In this document: positions 9,929-20,084 of the stretch, in pieces
Position numbering within the stretch: the stretch's first letter is position 1
Layout: each line of letters opens with the position of its first letter
Assembly: GCA_964517625.1 (NCBI GenBank)
Contig: CAZFBW010000002.1
Location: forward strand, 25,893 to 89,892
DNA length: 64,000 nt
Direction of reading: 5' to 3'
Source: an uncultured Candidatus Saccharibacteria bacterium
GTDB taxonomy: Bacteria > Patescibacteriota > Minisyncoccia > Phycocordibacterales > UBA5272
Position numbers and translations under genes: made by a program
The notes under the pieces: generated by a model
Told to the model about the DNA's origin: nothing
The model's input: only the letters and a program-made list of their open reading frames with translations
Databases searched by the model: none

Positions 9929-10363
9929 GTGACTGAAAAATCCGACAAGGTGTATCCGCTTTCTGTTTCCAATCCCGACTCTGGCCACCTAGTTTGGCAT
10001 TCAGTACTTGACGGGAAGTATCTCGTCGAGGTTGTTCGTCCTGTGGTAGTACCTGAAGAACTGAAGATTGCTGTGCCGGATGAGGCACAGTTATCTTCCT
10101 TGCTTTGGTATTGTGGAGAATTGTTCATTTTTGAAAACGCCGAGCCACACACGTTGCTTCACAGGCAAGTTGTGCATCTAGCGTATGGGGCTCAGTTTGG
10201 TCCAGATATGAGTGATGTGTCATTGTGGCAAGATCTTTGCATTGCTTTCATTGACGGCACAATCGATGAGTTTTACATCAACAATCCGGAAATGAAAGAT
10301 TTAACTGTTGAGAGCATTGTCGAAGCAAAAGCCAGCCTTCTCAAAGTACTTAAGGGTTCTTGA
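9929..10363 (+). CDS. hypothetical protein
   Basis: Probable GTG start at 9929 preceded by GGAGGT Shine-Dalgarno; ORF track 9905..10363. Confidence 0.6.
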   Translation: MTEKSDKVYPLSVSNPDSGHLVWHSVLDGKYLVEVVRPVVVPEELKIAVPDEAQLSSLLWYCGELFIFENAEPHTLLHRQVVHLAYGAQFGPDMSDVSLWQDLCIAFIDGTIDEFYINNPEMKDLTVESIVEAKASLLKVLKGS

Positions 10364-10401
10364 AGAAAAAATAAATATTTCAAAGCCGCTAAACAAGGCG
10401 G

Positions 10402-10557
10402 TTTTTTCTTTTGAGCGGGCCCACAAGGATTCGCCTCTCTCTTTGGTCGAGACTTGTAATTTCAACAGCTTGAGTACAAGCTAAGAAATTATGTCGCCTT
10501 CGGTTCGAATCCTTGTGGAAAATCCGAGCAAATGAAAAAAGACGCCGAGCAAGCATC
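10402..10557. repeat. 156-bp element duplicating the tRNA-Trp 3' end in direct and inverted orientation
   Basis: 32-nt direct repeat 10402-10433 = 10558-10589; 10502-10518 is the exact reverse complement of 10577-10593. Confidence 0.85.
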
Positions 10558-10571
10558 TTTTTTCTTTTGAG

Positions 10572-10642
10572 CGGGCCCACAAGGATTCGAACCTTGGTCT
10601 GCGGTTTTGGAGACCGATATACTACCACTGTACTATAGGCCC
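10572..10642 (-). tRNA. tRNA-Trp (CCA)
   Basis: Reverse complement GGGCCTA...anticodon loop CT-CCA-AA...GGTTCGAATCC...TGGGCCCG; 3' CCA not encoded. Confidence 0.93.
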
Positions 10643-10778
10643 GTGTCGGGTTATTCTAGCATATAATTGCCGAGATTAAACGATGTTCTTGTGAGTGTTA
10701 GAATTTAATGGTAGAGTGATTTTTGTCAGCACAACACCAACACGCTGACGTTGTACTTTGTTGGAGAGGGAGGACTAT

Positions 10779-10946
10779 ATGGGAAAACCATATACGATTC
10801 CATCATATCGGGAAGACCCGGCGTTCTACGATGATTGCATTCTAAACTACATCCGAGAGCTTGCATGGCTTGAGGATCAGGTGACGCTTGCATCAACGCA
10901 GAAGCCATCTCTTTCTGATTATGATGGCGAAACACCCGAGGAGTAG
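10779..10946 (+). CDS. small acidic hypothetical protein (55 aa)
   Basis: Strong SD GGAGAGGGAGGA before ATG 10779; downstream terminator-like hairpin near 11028-11050. Confidence 0.5.
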   Translation: MGKPYTIPSYREDPAFYDDCILNYIRELAWLEDQVTLASTQKPSLSDYDGETPEE

Positions 10947-11162
10947 TTTATCCTCACACCTGTAGCCCAACGAGCGGCGCAAACGTGTGATGTTTACACT
11001 ATGCTTAATTTTCCCTCTAGGTTACAGACCCACACGATTGTGTGGGTTTTGTGTTTTTGTGGAGTGCATAAAGCAGGTGTCCACACCTTGTTTCATTGTA
11101 TACTGGTACAAAACGGACAATCCCGTTTTCCTATTATTCTTTATTTACAATTTTAGTATTTT

Positions 11163-11684
11163 ATGCAAAAAGTATTTATAAGTTCTGTGCTCATAGCGGG
11201 AACATTCCTGGTTGTTTCCGCAGAGGAGGGGGTTCGCCCAACGCCAATTAATGCTCCAACACAAGCAGTGAGAGCAATTAAAGCAGTTCTTGCTACGAGT
11301 ACTCGTCCAGCAATGATGCTTGAAGACGGTGTTCCACTAACTGGTGACAAGACGGTTGATGATAAAATCAAGGCGCTTGTTAAGGCAAGAAATGAAAAAT
11401 TAAAAGCGGTTCACGATGCCTTCCAAGCAGAACTTAAGACTCTCATCGGTGAAAGAAAGTTGTTGCAAGCATCAACTACCCCAGCGAAGAGGTATGAAAT
11501 GCAAGACAGGATGATGAATGCATCAGGAACACCTGTTCGTCCTCCGGTTGCATCAGGAACGCCGATGCGTTTAGAAGATAAGCGTCCGCCAGTTCAACAG
11601 GCGCCCAAAAACATATTTAGGAGATTCTTTCAATCTTTTTTGGGGGTAAATCCTCAGGAATTGCAAGCAGAAGAAGTTCGCTAG
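11163..11684 (+). CDS. hypothetical secreted low-complexity protein
   Basis: Signal-peptide-like N-terminus, ATST/ASTT/ASGTP repeats. Confidence 0.7.
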   Translation: MQKVFISSVLIAGTFLVVSAEEGVRPTPINAPTQAVRAIKAVLATSTRPAMMLEDGVPLTGDKTVDDKIKALVKARNEKLKAVHDAFQAELKTLIGERKLLQASTTPAKRYEMQDRMMNASGTPVRPPVASGTPMRLEDKRPPVQQAPKNIFRRFFQSFLGVNPQELQAEEVR

Positions 11685-11694
11685 TTTCTTTATA

Positions 11695-11727
11695 ATAAAA
11701 AATCTCCACGTCGTGGAGGTTTTTTAT
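11695..11727. terminator. bidirectional terminator between convergent genes
   Basis: ATAAAAAATCTCCAC-GTC-GTGGAGGTTTTTTAT. Confidence 0.7.
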
Positions 11728-11728
11728 A

Positions 11729-12358
11729 TTAGTGAGCAAGGGTAATCGCACAAATGTTGCGGTACCCAGCTTTTTCTAAGGTATGCTGTGCTTCATTAAG
11801 TGTGGCGTGCGTTGTGGTTGTGTCGTCAACGATGATAATGCGCGTATTTTGTGGGACAGTATTTTTGGCGCGTACCGCAAAGACACCGTGTACATTTTTT
11901 TCGCGCTCACTTCTGTTTTTTATTTTTGCTTGTTGGGGAGAGGTTCGTATTTTTGCAAGTAATGTTGTGTTTACTGGAAGACTGAAAAGGTTTCCGTATG
12001 CTTGCGCGATGTGGAAAGCATGATTGTATCCGCGTGACCACAGACGAGTAGTATGCATAGGGATTGGTACCAACAGCGTGTTTGTTGTGTCGCCGATAAA
12101 CTCACGCAAATCATCACCGCATGTTTCCTGTACAAGAGGGAAAATCAAATCTTTTCGGTGGTAGTATTTTATTTGATGGAGACACTGTTTGACCCGAGTG
12201 TCCCTGTAAGAATATGTCGTGTGGATAAAAGCGGGGGTTGTTTGTATAGAGCGCGATAGATTTTTTACACAATGCGCACATAAAGATTCACCTTGTTTGT
12301 GGCACAGGTAGCACGAGGTTGGAAATATAAAGGAAAAAAGCTTTTCAAAAATCCACAT
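11729..12358 (-). CDS. comF: ComF family phosphoribosyltransferase-like protein
   Basis: N-terminal CxxC..CxxC, VPIPMH..R..RGYN, IIIVDD-TTT; divergent from the pil cluster. Confidence 0.88.
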   Translation of the reverse strand: MWIFEKLFSFIFPTSCYLCHKQGESLCAHCVKNLSRSIQTTPAFIHTTYSYRDTRVKQCLHQIKYYHRKDLIFPLVQETCGDDLREFIGDTTNTLLVPIPMHTTRLWSRGYNHAFHIAQAYGNLFSLPVNTTLLAKIRTSPQQAKIKNRSEREKNVHGVFAVRAKNTVPQNTRIIIVDDTTTTHATLNEAQHTLEKAGYRNICAITLAH

Positions 12359-12409
12359 ATCACAAAGTATAGGGCTAAAAATATGAGAAACACAGTGTAT
12401 ACTTAGGGT

Positions 12410-13492
12410 ATGTTACTTTCTTTTAATAAAAGAGGCATTACTGATGCGATTGGACTTGATATTGGAACATCCTCTATCAAGGTTGTTCAGCTAAAACTTG
12501 AACGAGAAAGTATTGTCTTGGAAACGTATGGCGAGGTCGCTCTTGGTCCGTACGCTGGGCTTGCGATTGGGCAGGCAACGCAACTAGGCGATGAAAAACT
12601 TTTGGAAGCAATTGCTGATTTGTTTAAGGAAGCAAAAGTTACTTCAAGGAATGCAACACTTTCTATTGATTCTTCCGGTGTGTTCGTTTCGGTGGTGCGT
12701 GTACCAAAGGTGGCTGATGCGGAATTAAAAACCATGATGCCACTCGAGGCGAAAAAATTTATTCCAATTCCACTCTCGGAAGTGCAAGTTGACTGGTGGC
12801 ATGTTCCGCCGGGACCTGCTGAAAAAGCGTTAGGGGATGATGTGAATATAAAAAATATGGACATGGTTTTGGCGGCGGTGAAAAATGATATTTTGGAAAT
12901 GTATAACCGTGTTGTGACCAAGCTTGGGTTTGTTGGTACGGAGTTTGAAATTTCTGGCTTTAGTCTTATACGAAGCGTGGTTCCAAAATCAGACGGGCTC
13001 ATGTTGTGCGTGGATATTGGCGCAAACCAGACCACGATTAGCCTCATTCGGTCAAATATCGTTATTGACATGCACGTGTTAAGCAAAGGGTCTCAAGACA
13101 GTACGATTCAAATTTCTCAGTCGCTTGCCATCCCCATCGAAAGTGCGGAAGAGGTGAAGAGAACATTCGGTTACAATGGCGACGCAGCAAATCCATACCT
13201 CAAAGAAGTCATGGAACTTTCTAGTTATCCACTGTTTGGCGAGGTGGCAAGACTATCACTAATGTTTGAAAGAAAGTATAATCAGACTATAGAAGGAGTA
13301 ATCCTTGTAGGGGGAGGTGTGCGTTTACCGGGCTTTATGGATATGTACGGAAAAGTCGTACATGCACCAGGGCGTACCGGTGCACCGTTTGACCAAGTTA
13401 GAATCCCCGAGTTTTTAAATGACATGATGAAACAAGTCGGACCTTCATACGCAGTTGCCGTCGGACTTGCTCTCAAAAAACTACTCTCGTAA
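12410..13492 (+). CDS. pilM: type IV pilus assembly protein PilM
   Basis: IGLDIGTSSIKVVQL, VDIGA, ILVGGG, YAVAVGLALK actin-like motifs. Confidence 0.93.
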   Translation: MLLSFNKRGITDAIGLDIGTSSIKVVQLKLERESIVLETYGEVALGPYAGLAIGQATQLGDEKLLEAIADLFKEAKVTSRNATLSIDSSGVFVSVVRVPKVADAELKTMMPLEAKKFIPIPLSEVQVDWWHVPPGPAEKALGDDVNIKNMDMVLAAVKNDILEMYNRVVTKLGFVGTEFEISGFSLIRSVVPKSDGLMLCVDIGANQTTISLIRSNIVIDMHVLSKGSQDSTIQISQSLAIPIESAEEVKRTFGYNGDAANPYLKEVMELSSYPLFGEVARLSLMFERKYNQTIEGVILVGGGVRLPGFMDMYGKVVHAPGRTGAPFDQVRIPEFLNDMMKQVGPSYAVAVGLALKKLLS

Positions 13493-13497
13493 ACCCT

Positions 13498-14226
13498 ATG
13501 GACGTATCATTTCAGCCAAAATCAACAATGCCGGAGGACGTAAAGAAGGGTCCTTCACTTGCTGAAATATTTTCAGGAATTGTGCACATGTATGTCGGTG
13601 ACAAGAAAAGCATTATTGCTATTTTTTTCACCGTCGTTATTGTTTTTGTACTTATCGGAATTGGCGGAATGATGGCACTCAACTCCTCGCTTCAAAGTGA
13701 GGTGTCTACGCTCAAAGCACAACTCGACAATAAAGACGGACAGGTCATGAAGCCGGCTGCTATTGCTGAAATCAAAGCACTTTCCGATCGTGTAAAGCTA
13801 GTTACACTCATTGTTAAAGGTCAGCCGTTTATGACGACATTCTTGAAGCTTTTGGAGTACAGTGTCGAAGATGACATTGTCTTTGAAAAAACCACGCTTG
13901 CGTTCATTAACACTCCAGGTAAGGGAGATACGTATGCTATATCAATTGATGCAAAAGCAAACAGGTACTCTGCTGTTCTTAACCAGTTCCAAACATTGCA
14001 AGAACAAGCACCATACAATAAGTTCTTTACAGAGGTACGCATGAATAACTTTGCTGTTGATAAGGAAGGAAAAATTTCTTTCAAGATAACAGGAAATGCG
14101 CTTGTTGCTGGTCCAAATCTCACCCCAGAGGAGGTGGAAAAAGAATTGCTTAAGGTTCTCTCTGTTGGTGAGTTGCCAACGAGCGGAGATAGTGGCACAC
14201 CAGTTCCACCAACTACACCACAATAA
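13498..14226 (+). CDS. PilN-like bitopic membrane protein
   Basis: Position after pilM, single TM followed by coiled coil and a ferredoxin-like pattern. Confidence 0.6.
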   Translation: MDVSFQPKSTMPEDVKKGPSLAEIFSGIVHMYVGDKKSIIAIFFTVVIVFVLIGIGGMMALNSSLQSEVSTLKAQLDNKDGQVMKPAAIAEIKALSDRVKLVTLIVKGQPFMTTFLKLLEYSVEDDIVFEKTTLAFINTPGKGDTYAISIDAKANRYSAVLNQFQTLQEQAPYNKFFTEVRMNNFAVDKEGKISFKITGNALVAGPNLTPEEVEKELLKVLSVGELPTSGDSGTPVPPTTPQ

Positions 14227-14228
14227 CT

Positions 14229-14792
14229 ATGTCACCAAAATATTTCATTATCCTCCTCATCCTGCTCGCTGTGGTCTTGGTGCACCAGGTATTTATGCCT
14301 CTTTATTCTGGCAACGGTTCGACACTCTATCAGCCAGCAAAAGGGTATGTACAACTCAAACAAGAGCGTGCGAGTTATACAAGTTCTCTTAGCGAGGCGG
14401 ACAAGGTTATCGCTCAAGCAAATGAATTAAAGAAAAAATATGAAGGAGTCGACAAGGCAAATGTCGAACTTCTCAAGGCAATGGTTCCAGATAGTATTAA
14501 TGAAGTTAAGCTTCATAGTGAAATAGCCTCTATTTTGACGGCGTCAGGATTTTCTTCCGAAAAACTTTCAATCACTAAAAAGGGTGCATCATTAATACCA
14601 GGTATCGGGGTGTATCTCGTTTCTATTTCGTTGGAAGATTCTTCATATGAACGATTGAAAACTATTCTCAACACCCTCGAACGTAGCCGAAGAATTCTTT
14701 CAATAAAAAGTATTAGTGTAACCCCGGCTGCAAAGGTCGGAGAAATTTACAAGTTTGAATTAGGAATTGAAACGTTTTACATCATGAAGTAA
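14229..14792 (+). CDS. PilO-like protein
   Basis: TM + coiled coil; SYERLKTILNTLERSRRILSIKSI...IETF matches the PilO C-terminal pattern. Confidence 0.7.
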   Translation: MSPKYFIILLILLAVVLVHQVFMPLYSGNGSTLYQPAKGYVQLKQERASYTSSLSEADKVIAQANELKKKYEGVDKANVELLKAMVPDSINEVKLHSEIASILTASGFSSEKLSITKKGASLIPGIGVYLVSISLEDSSYERLKTILNTLERSRRILSIKSISVTPAAKVGEIYKFELGIETFYIMK

Positions 14793-14813
14793 ATAGTTTC
14801 TTTATACACCACC

Positions 14814-15152
14814 ATGCCACCAACCACTCCTACACCAACTACACCGAAGAACAACACCAGTAAACTGGTCATTGAGATTGTCGCAGGACTTCTTGTTCTT
14901 GTTGTCGGGTATTTTGGGTACACAATGTTTTCTGATAGTTCTGCTTCTACGCAAGCGGTATCTAATGTACAACTTGGTAAAAATTTATCTAGCTTTGCAA
15001 AAGAAAGCAAAGGAATTAGTTTAGACTTCTCAATTCTCGAAACAGCGTATGTTAAAAGTCTCGAAGACCACACACAAATCTTTACGTATTCAACAAGACG
15101 CGGTCGTTTAGATCCGTTCTTGCCTTATGATTCTACTAGACCTATTCGTTAG
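14814..15152 (+). CDS. small membrane protein in pil operon (PilP position)
   Basis: Single TM, C-terminal GRLDPFLP reminiscent of the PilP RDPF motif. Confidence 0.6.
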   Translation: MPPTTPTPTTPKNNTSKLVIEIVAGLLVLVVGYFGYTMFSDSSASTQAVSNVQLGKNLSSFAKESKGISLDFSILETAYVKSLEDHTQIFTYSTRRGRLDPFLPYDSTRPIR

Positions 15153-16866
15153 CCAGAATAAGCTCACCGATCTTGAGGCAAAAGAAATCGAAGCAGACCT
15201 TCACGACCACGAAGGGACAGTAATCGATGATTTGCTCAAGGCGAAAAATATAACTGATGATGATATTCTTCAGGTTCGTTCGGTGTTGTATGGCTTACCT
15301 ATTTTTTCTGGGAAAATTTCACAAGATGTATCGCTCACAAAATATTTAAATAAACAACAGTCTCGTCAGTTGATGGCACTTCCGCTTTCGATGGATGACA
15401 AGATGCTCTCCGTTGGTATTGTTGATCCAGAGTACGCGCACGTTCTCGACAGTCTTCAATTTTTGTTTGGACCATCACACCAGGCGTATAAGTTGTATCT
15501 CATTAGTTATCAGGTGTATAAAGACACGCTTGGTATTAAAGGGAAACAAGAAAGTCTTGCCGAACAAGTTGACGAAGAGGGGGATCAGTTGAGTTATGTT
15601 GCCAAAGAAGGGGACATCAACAAAAAACAACAGGAAGAGGAAGACGTTGACTTGTCCTCCGTCAACCCGGACCTTGACCAGGAGCTTACTAAGATGCAGG
15701 CGCCGGAGATTTTCAGCACCATGCTTCGTTATGCGATTGATAACGGTGCCAGCGACATCCACATTGAACACGTGGGGACGGCGGTGCGTGCGCGTATTCG
15801 TATTGACGGTGTACTCGATACCGCAACTACGCTTCCTGCAAAGCACCACTCTTCACTTCTTGCTCGTATTAAAATTCTTTCCGGTATGAAGCTTGATGAA
15901 AAACGAAAACCGCAAGACGGACGTTTTAGTACAAAAATCGGTGAACGCGCTATCGACTACCGTGTGTCGACATTCCCTGGGTATTACGGAGAAAAGGTGG
16001 TAATCCGTATTTTGGACAGTTATCGAGGTGTGCGTGATATTAAGACTATTGGACTTACGGAATCAAATATGGCTGCGATTAATGAAGCGCTCGGTGTTTC
16101 ATATGGTATCATTCTCATTTCTGGCCCGACCGGTTCTGGTAAAACAACCACACTGTATTCAATGTTAAACGAAGTAGACCGTGACCATCAAAACGTGGTT
16201 TCTCTCGAAGACCCGATCGAATATAACATGCCTTCTATGAACCAGTCTCAAGTGTTTCCAGAAATTGGATACACGTTTGCTTCAGGTCTTCGTTCTATCT
16301 TGCGTCAGGACCCGGATGTAATTATGGTGGGAGAAATTCGTGACGTCGAAACCGCAGAGCTCGCCATTCAAGCGGCGCTTACCGGTCACTTGGTGTTCTC
16401 TACCATCCACACCAACACGGCAATTGGTGTTATCACGCGTTTGCTCGACATGGGTATTGAACCGTATCTTATTGCGCCAACCATCAAACTCGCCATGGGT
16501 CAGCGTTTGGCGCGTACTATTGTGGAAGGGTGTGCTAAGCCAATGAACATGACTGCTGGACTAAAAACAATGATAGATAATCAGTTTAAAGATTTGCCGA
16601 TGACATATAAATCAAAGTTACCGCTCGATAAGCCGTTCCATGAAGCAGTTGCGTCCGAAAAGAGTCCGACAGGGATTAAAGGCCGTATGCCGGTATTTGA
16701 AGTGCTTACTTTTACTGAAGAAATTCAGGAAGCGGTAACACTCAGAAAAAGTGAAGACGAAATCTGGAAACTGGCTCGTGCCCAAGGGTACATGACGCTC
16801 AAGGAGGACGCAATCATTAAATGCATTGAAGGAAGAATTCCGTTCATTGAACTTGCGGCACTTTAA
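15127..16866 (+). CDS. pilB: type IV pilus extension ATPase PilB (GspE family)
   Basis: ASDIHIE, PQDGRF, GPTGSGKTTT, LRQDPDVIMVGEIRD, TGHLVFSTIHTN. Confidence 0.92.
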   Translation: MILLDLFVSQNKLTDLEAKEIEADLHDHEGTVIDDLLKAKNITDDDILQVRSVLYGLPIFSGKISQDVSLTKYLNKQQSRQLMALPLSMDDKMLSVGIVDPEYAHVLDSLQFLFGPSHQAYKLYLISYQVYKDTLGIKGKQESLAEQVDEEGDQLSYVAKEGDINKKQQEEEDVDLSSVNPDLDQELTKMQAPEIFSTMLRYAIDNGASDIHIEHVGTAVRARIRIDGVLDTATTLPAKHHSSLLARIKILSGMKLDEKRKPQDGRFSTKIGERAIDYRVSTFPGYYGEKVVIRILDSYRGVRDIKTIGLTESNMAAINEALGVSYGIILISGPTGSGKTTTLYSMLNEVDRDHQNVVSLEDPIEYNMPSMNQSQVFPEIGYTFASGLRSILRQDPDVIMVGEIRDVETAELAIQAALTGHLVFSTIHTNTAIGVITRLLDMGIEPYLIAPTIKLAMGQRLARTIVEGCAKPMNMTAGLKTMIDNQFKDLPMTYKSKLPLDKPFHEAVASEKSPTGIKGRMPVFEVLTFTEEIQEAVTLRKSEDEIWKLARAQGYMTLKEDAIIKCIEGRIPFIELAAL

Positions 16867-16926
16867 GGCCTGGATAGACAAAGTTATTCAATTGCTCTCT
16901 TTGTATACACTGATATACTTCTTATT

Positions 16927-17985
16927 ATGAACTACGACGTAGAATTAAACGACATCATTATGACGCTTGTGAAGGAAAGCGGATCAGATGTCCATTTTAC
17001 TGTGGGAGCTTTTCCGACACTTCGTATTAATGGCGAACTTGTTCCACTTACAAGAAAAACAGAACTTGTCCCAGAAGATACAGTTGGATTTTTGCGTTCA
17101 ATGGTAAGTGAAAAGAAATTTACTGACTTTGTTGTTAAACAAGAACTCGACTTTTCATATGATCACGCAGGGGAATATCGTTTGCGAGGGAATGCCTCGT
17201 TCCAAAAAGGATTTATTTCTATTGCCCTTCGTTATGTGCCGAAAGTAAAGAATTTACAGGAACTTAATTTACCACCACAAATTTCTGAAATGGCGCGCAA
17301 AAAGCAAGGATTTTTCCTCGTGGTTGGTCCAGTTGGTCAAGGAAAGTCAACAACACTTGCTGCGATGATTTCTATGATTAACCAAGAATCAAAGCGCCAT
17401 ATTGTTACGATTGAAGATCCAATTGAATACCGCTTTGATCAAGATAAATCGCTTATTGAGCAACGCGAAGTCGGTATTGATACGGAAAGTTTTGGTACGG
17501 CACTTCGGCAAATTTTCCGCCAAGACATGGACGTGATTATGATTGGGGAAATGCGCGACAAAGAAACAATTAGTATCGCCGTGACCGCTGCGGAAACAGG
17601 ACACTTAGTTTTGTCGACACTTCACACCAACTCTGCAGCGCAAACTGTTGATCGTATTATCGATTCATTCCCAGCAGAACAGCAGGGGCAAATCAGAACC
17701 CAGCTCGCAGCATCACTTCTCGGAATTTTTTCTCAACGCCTGCTTCCAAGAATTTCTGGTGGTATGATTCCCGCGTATGAACTTCTTATCAATAATTCCG
17801 CAGTCGCAAACCTTATTCGTGAAGGAAGGACGCAGGAAATCGACGTGGTTATTGAAACAGGAACCGATCAGGGCATGATTGATTTCGATAGACATCTAGC
17901 AGAACTTGTTCGTAGGGGGGAAATTTTGAAAGACACCGCTCGTGCACACGCACGCAGACTAAACTTGTTCGATAGAATAATTTAA
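16927..17985 (+). CDS. pilT: type IV pilus retraction ATPase PilT
   Basis: GPVGQGKSTT, TIEDPIEY, IEQREVG, AAETGHLVLSTLHTNSA, NLIREG. Confidence 0.93.
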   Translation: MNYDVELNDIIMTLVKESGSDVHFTVGAFPTLRINGELVPLTRKTELVPEDTVGFLRSMVSEKKFTDFVVKQELDFSYDHAGEYRLRGNASFQKGFISIALRYVPKVKNLQELNLPPQISEMARKKQGFFLVVGPVGQGKSTTLAAMISMINQESKRHIVTIEDPIEYRFDQDKSLIEQREVGIDTESFGTALRQIFRQDMDVIMIGEMRDKETISIAVTAAETGHLVLSTLHTNSAAQTVDRIIDSFPAEQQGQIRTQLAASLLGIFSQRLLPRISGGMIPAYELLINNSAVANLIREGRTQEIDVVIETGTDQGMIDFDRHLAELVRRGEILKDTARAHARRLNLFDRII

Positions 17986-17993
17986 ATTCCAGT

Positions 17994-19238
17994 ATGCTTT
18001 TCCACTACACCGCACTTGCAAAAGATAATACCCGTCAAGAGGGTGATATTGAGGCACTTTCTAAAGATGCTGCGGTGACAGAATTGCAGGCTCGTTCATT
18101 TTCTGTTTTAGCAATTGAAGAGAAAGAAGCTGGAGGGTTTGACATGAATGAAATAAGTAAGTTGTTTAAGCCGAAAATCAAAACAAAAGAGATCGTAATC
18201 TTTTCACGTCAGGTGGCAACCCTCTTTGAAGCGGGTGTGCCCGCACTTAAAAGTTTTAGATTACTTGCCTCGGAACACGAAAATCCGACATTTAAGGAGC
18301 AGTTGGTTGGCGTATCTGATGATATTGAGGCCGGAACATCGCTTTCGCAGGCGCTTCATAAACGACCAGAGATTTTCTCACCATTTTTCGTAAACATGGT
18401 GAAGTCTGGTGAAGAAAGTGGAAAATTAAATGACGTTTTCCTTTTCTTGGCAGATTACATGGACCGCGAATATGAATTGCGTCAAAAGACGAAGAAAGCA
18501 CTTACCTATCCGATATTCGTTGTCGGTACCTTTTTTGTAATTATGAGTGTTATGTTCATTTTCGTTATTCCAAAAATGACAGCACTTTTCCTAGAACAGG
18601 GTGCCGATCTTCCAACGGTGACTAAAATTGTGATTGCAATTTCCAACTTTTTTGTTGATTATGCAATTATTATCTTTCCGGGTATCATTGTCGGACTATT
18701 TTTCTTTAATCGCTGGACCAAAACCGAAGAAGGGGCTTTTAAGTTCGATAAATTTAAGATTGAGGCTCCGGTTATTAAGAACCTTACACAAAAAACTTTC
18801 TTGGCCCGCTTTGCGGACAACATGAATACGATGCTCACGAGTGGTATTCCAATTGTGCGTGCTATTGAAATTACTGCAGACGTTGTGGAAAACGCATACT
18901 ATCGCGACATGATGCTTCGTGTTGCTGGAAAGGTGCAGACGGGTACAACCTTTTCCAAGGCCCTTGCTGATGAAGATAACTTGCCAAACATTTTGATACA
19001 AATGGTGCGTATTGGTGAAGAAACTGGAGAATTAGGGTATATTTTGAAAAACTTGGCAGTGTTTTATAAACGTGAAGTGGAAAATGCAATCGACGGTATT
19101 ATCGGTCTTATTGAACCAGCCATGATTGTAGGTCTTGGTGTTGCGGTGGCAATTCTCGTTTCGGCAGTACTCCTTCCAATGTACAGTTTGTCAGACTCAA
19201 TTGCGCAGATTGACGTTATTCTCACCTTGTTTGTCTAA
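17994..19238 (+). CDS. pilC: type IV pilus platform protein PilC (GspF family)
   Basis: FSRQVATL..AGVP, GEESGKL, ALTYP, GEETGEL, IEPAMI. Confidence 0.93.
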   Translation: MLFHYTALAKDNTRQEGDIEALSKDAAVTELQARSFSVLAIEEKEAGGFDMNEISKLFKPKIKTKEIVIFSRQVATLFEAGVPALKSFRLLASEHENPTFKEQLVGVSDDIEAGTSLSQALHKRPEIFSPFFVNMVKSGEESGKLNDVFLFLADYMDREYELRQKTKKALTYPIFVVGTFFVIMSVMFIFVIPKMTALFLEQGADLPTVTKIVIAISNFFVDYAIIIFPGIIVGLFFFNRWTKTEEGAFKFDKFKIEAPVIKNLTQKTFLARFADNMNTMLTSGIPIVRAIEITADVVENAYYRDMMLRVAGKVQTGTTFSKALADEDNLPNILIQMVRIGEETGELGYILKNLAVFYKREVENAIDGIIGLIEPAMIVGLGVAVAILVSAVLLPMYSLSDSIAQIDVILTLFV

Positions 19239-19362
19239 AAATAGGAAAATAGGCAAAATATGGTTTTTTGAGATATCCACATATTTAGCCTTTATTTATT
19301 GCGGTTAGGTTTGGTGGGGGGTATACTTATAAGTATCTATTTACAAGATAGAATAAAAAATT

Positions 19363-20070
19363 ATGACACACACACTTACAAAACGAGGGTTTAAGGGCTT
19401 TACGCTTATCGAACTTCTCGTGGTTATTGCAATTATCGGTTTGCTTTCAACAATTATTGCGGCTCCTATTCAGAATGCCCGCAAGAAAGCTCGTGACTCA
19501 AAGAAAATCGCCGAAATTAAGGCAGTTCAGTTGGCTCTCGACCAGTATGCTGAAGCAAATGCAGGTCAGTATCCTTACGGCCTTGCTTACTTGGCTCCTA
19601 CATACATGCCGATTCTTCCATCGTTTGGTTCAACAACAATCGTTACAGTAGCTGATCGTGATAAGTTTGCATATACACCATATGCATCAGGTGGAGCTGG
19701 TCTTCTTGATAACAACAGATTTGCGTATCACTTGGGTGCTCACCTCGAAAACTTCTCACAAGGTCTTGATAATGACCGTGACTGTGTAGGTGCTGACAGA
19801 AGTTCTACATACGTTATTACTGCCGGAACGGGTACATGTGCGTTCTTCCCTTCACCAGTTGCTAACATTGATGGTTTGTACTCAGCTAGTACAAGCCCAA
19901 GTGCAAACAACTATCAGGCAGGTATGATTCTTCAGGTTGCTTATACTGGTAACATTGGTACTCCAGTATCAAACGCTGGTACTCAGTATGACTTCGATGG
20001 TTCAGATGGTGACATCACTCGTTGTGACGCAACATCAGACTGTATCTTCGACGTTAACTCTCAGCAGTAA
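19363..20070 (+). CDS. type IV pilin (probable major pilin)
   Basis: KG|FTLIELLVVIAIIGLL N-methylation motif; KARDSKKIAE; own upstream TATACT box. Confidence 0.88.
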   Translation: MTHTLTKRGFKGFTLIELLVVIAIIGLLSTIIAAPIQNARKKARDSKKIAEIKAVQLALDQYAEANAGQYPYGLAYLAPTYMPILPSFGSTTIVTVADRDKFAYTPYASGGAGLLDNNRFAYHLGAHLENFSQGLDNDRDCVGADRSSTYVITAGTGTCAFFPSPVANIDGLYSASTSPSANNYQAGMILQVAYTGNIGTPVSNAGTQYDFDGSDGDITRCDATSDCIFDVNSQQ

Positions 20071-20084
20071 TCTACGTTAGTTAC

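Noticed and set aside
10389-10628. 79-aa minus-strand ORF with internal repeat RILVGPLKRK
   Set aside because: It is a translation of tRNA-Trp and its duplicated 3' end, not a protein gene
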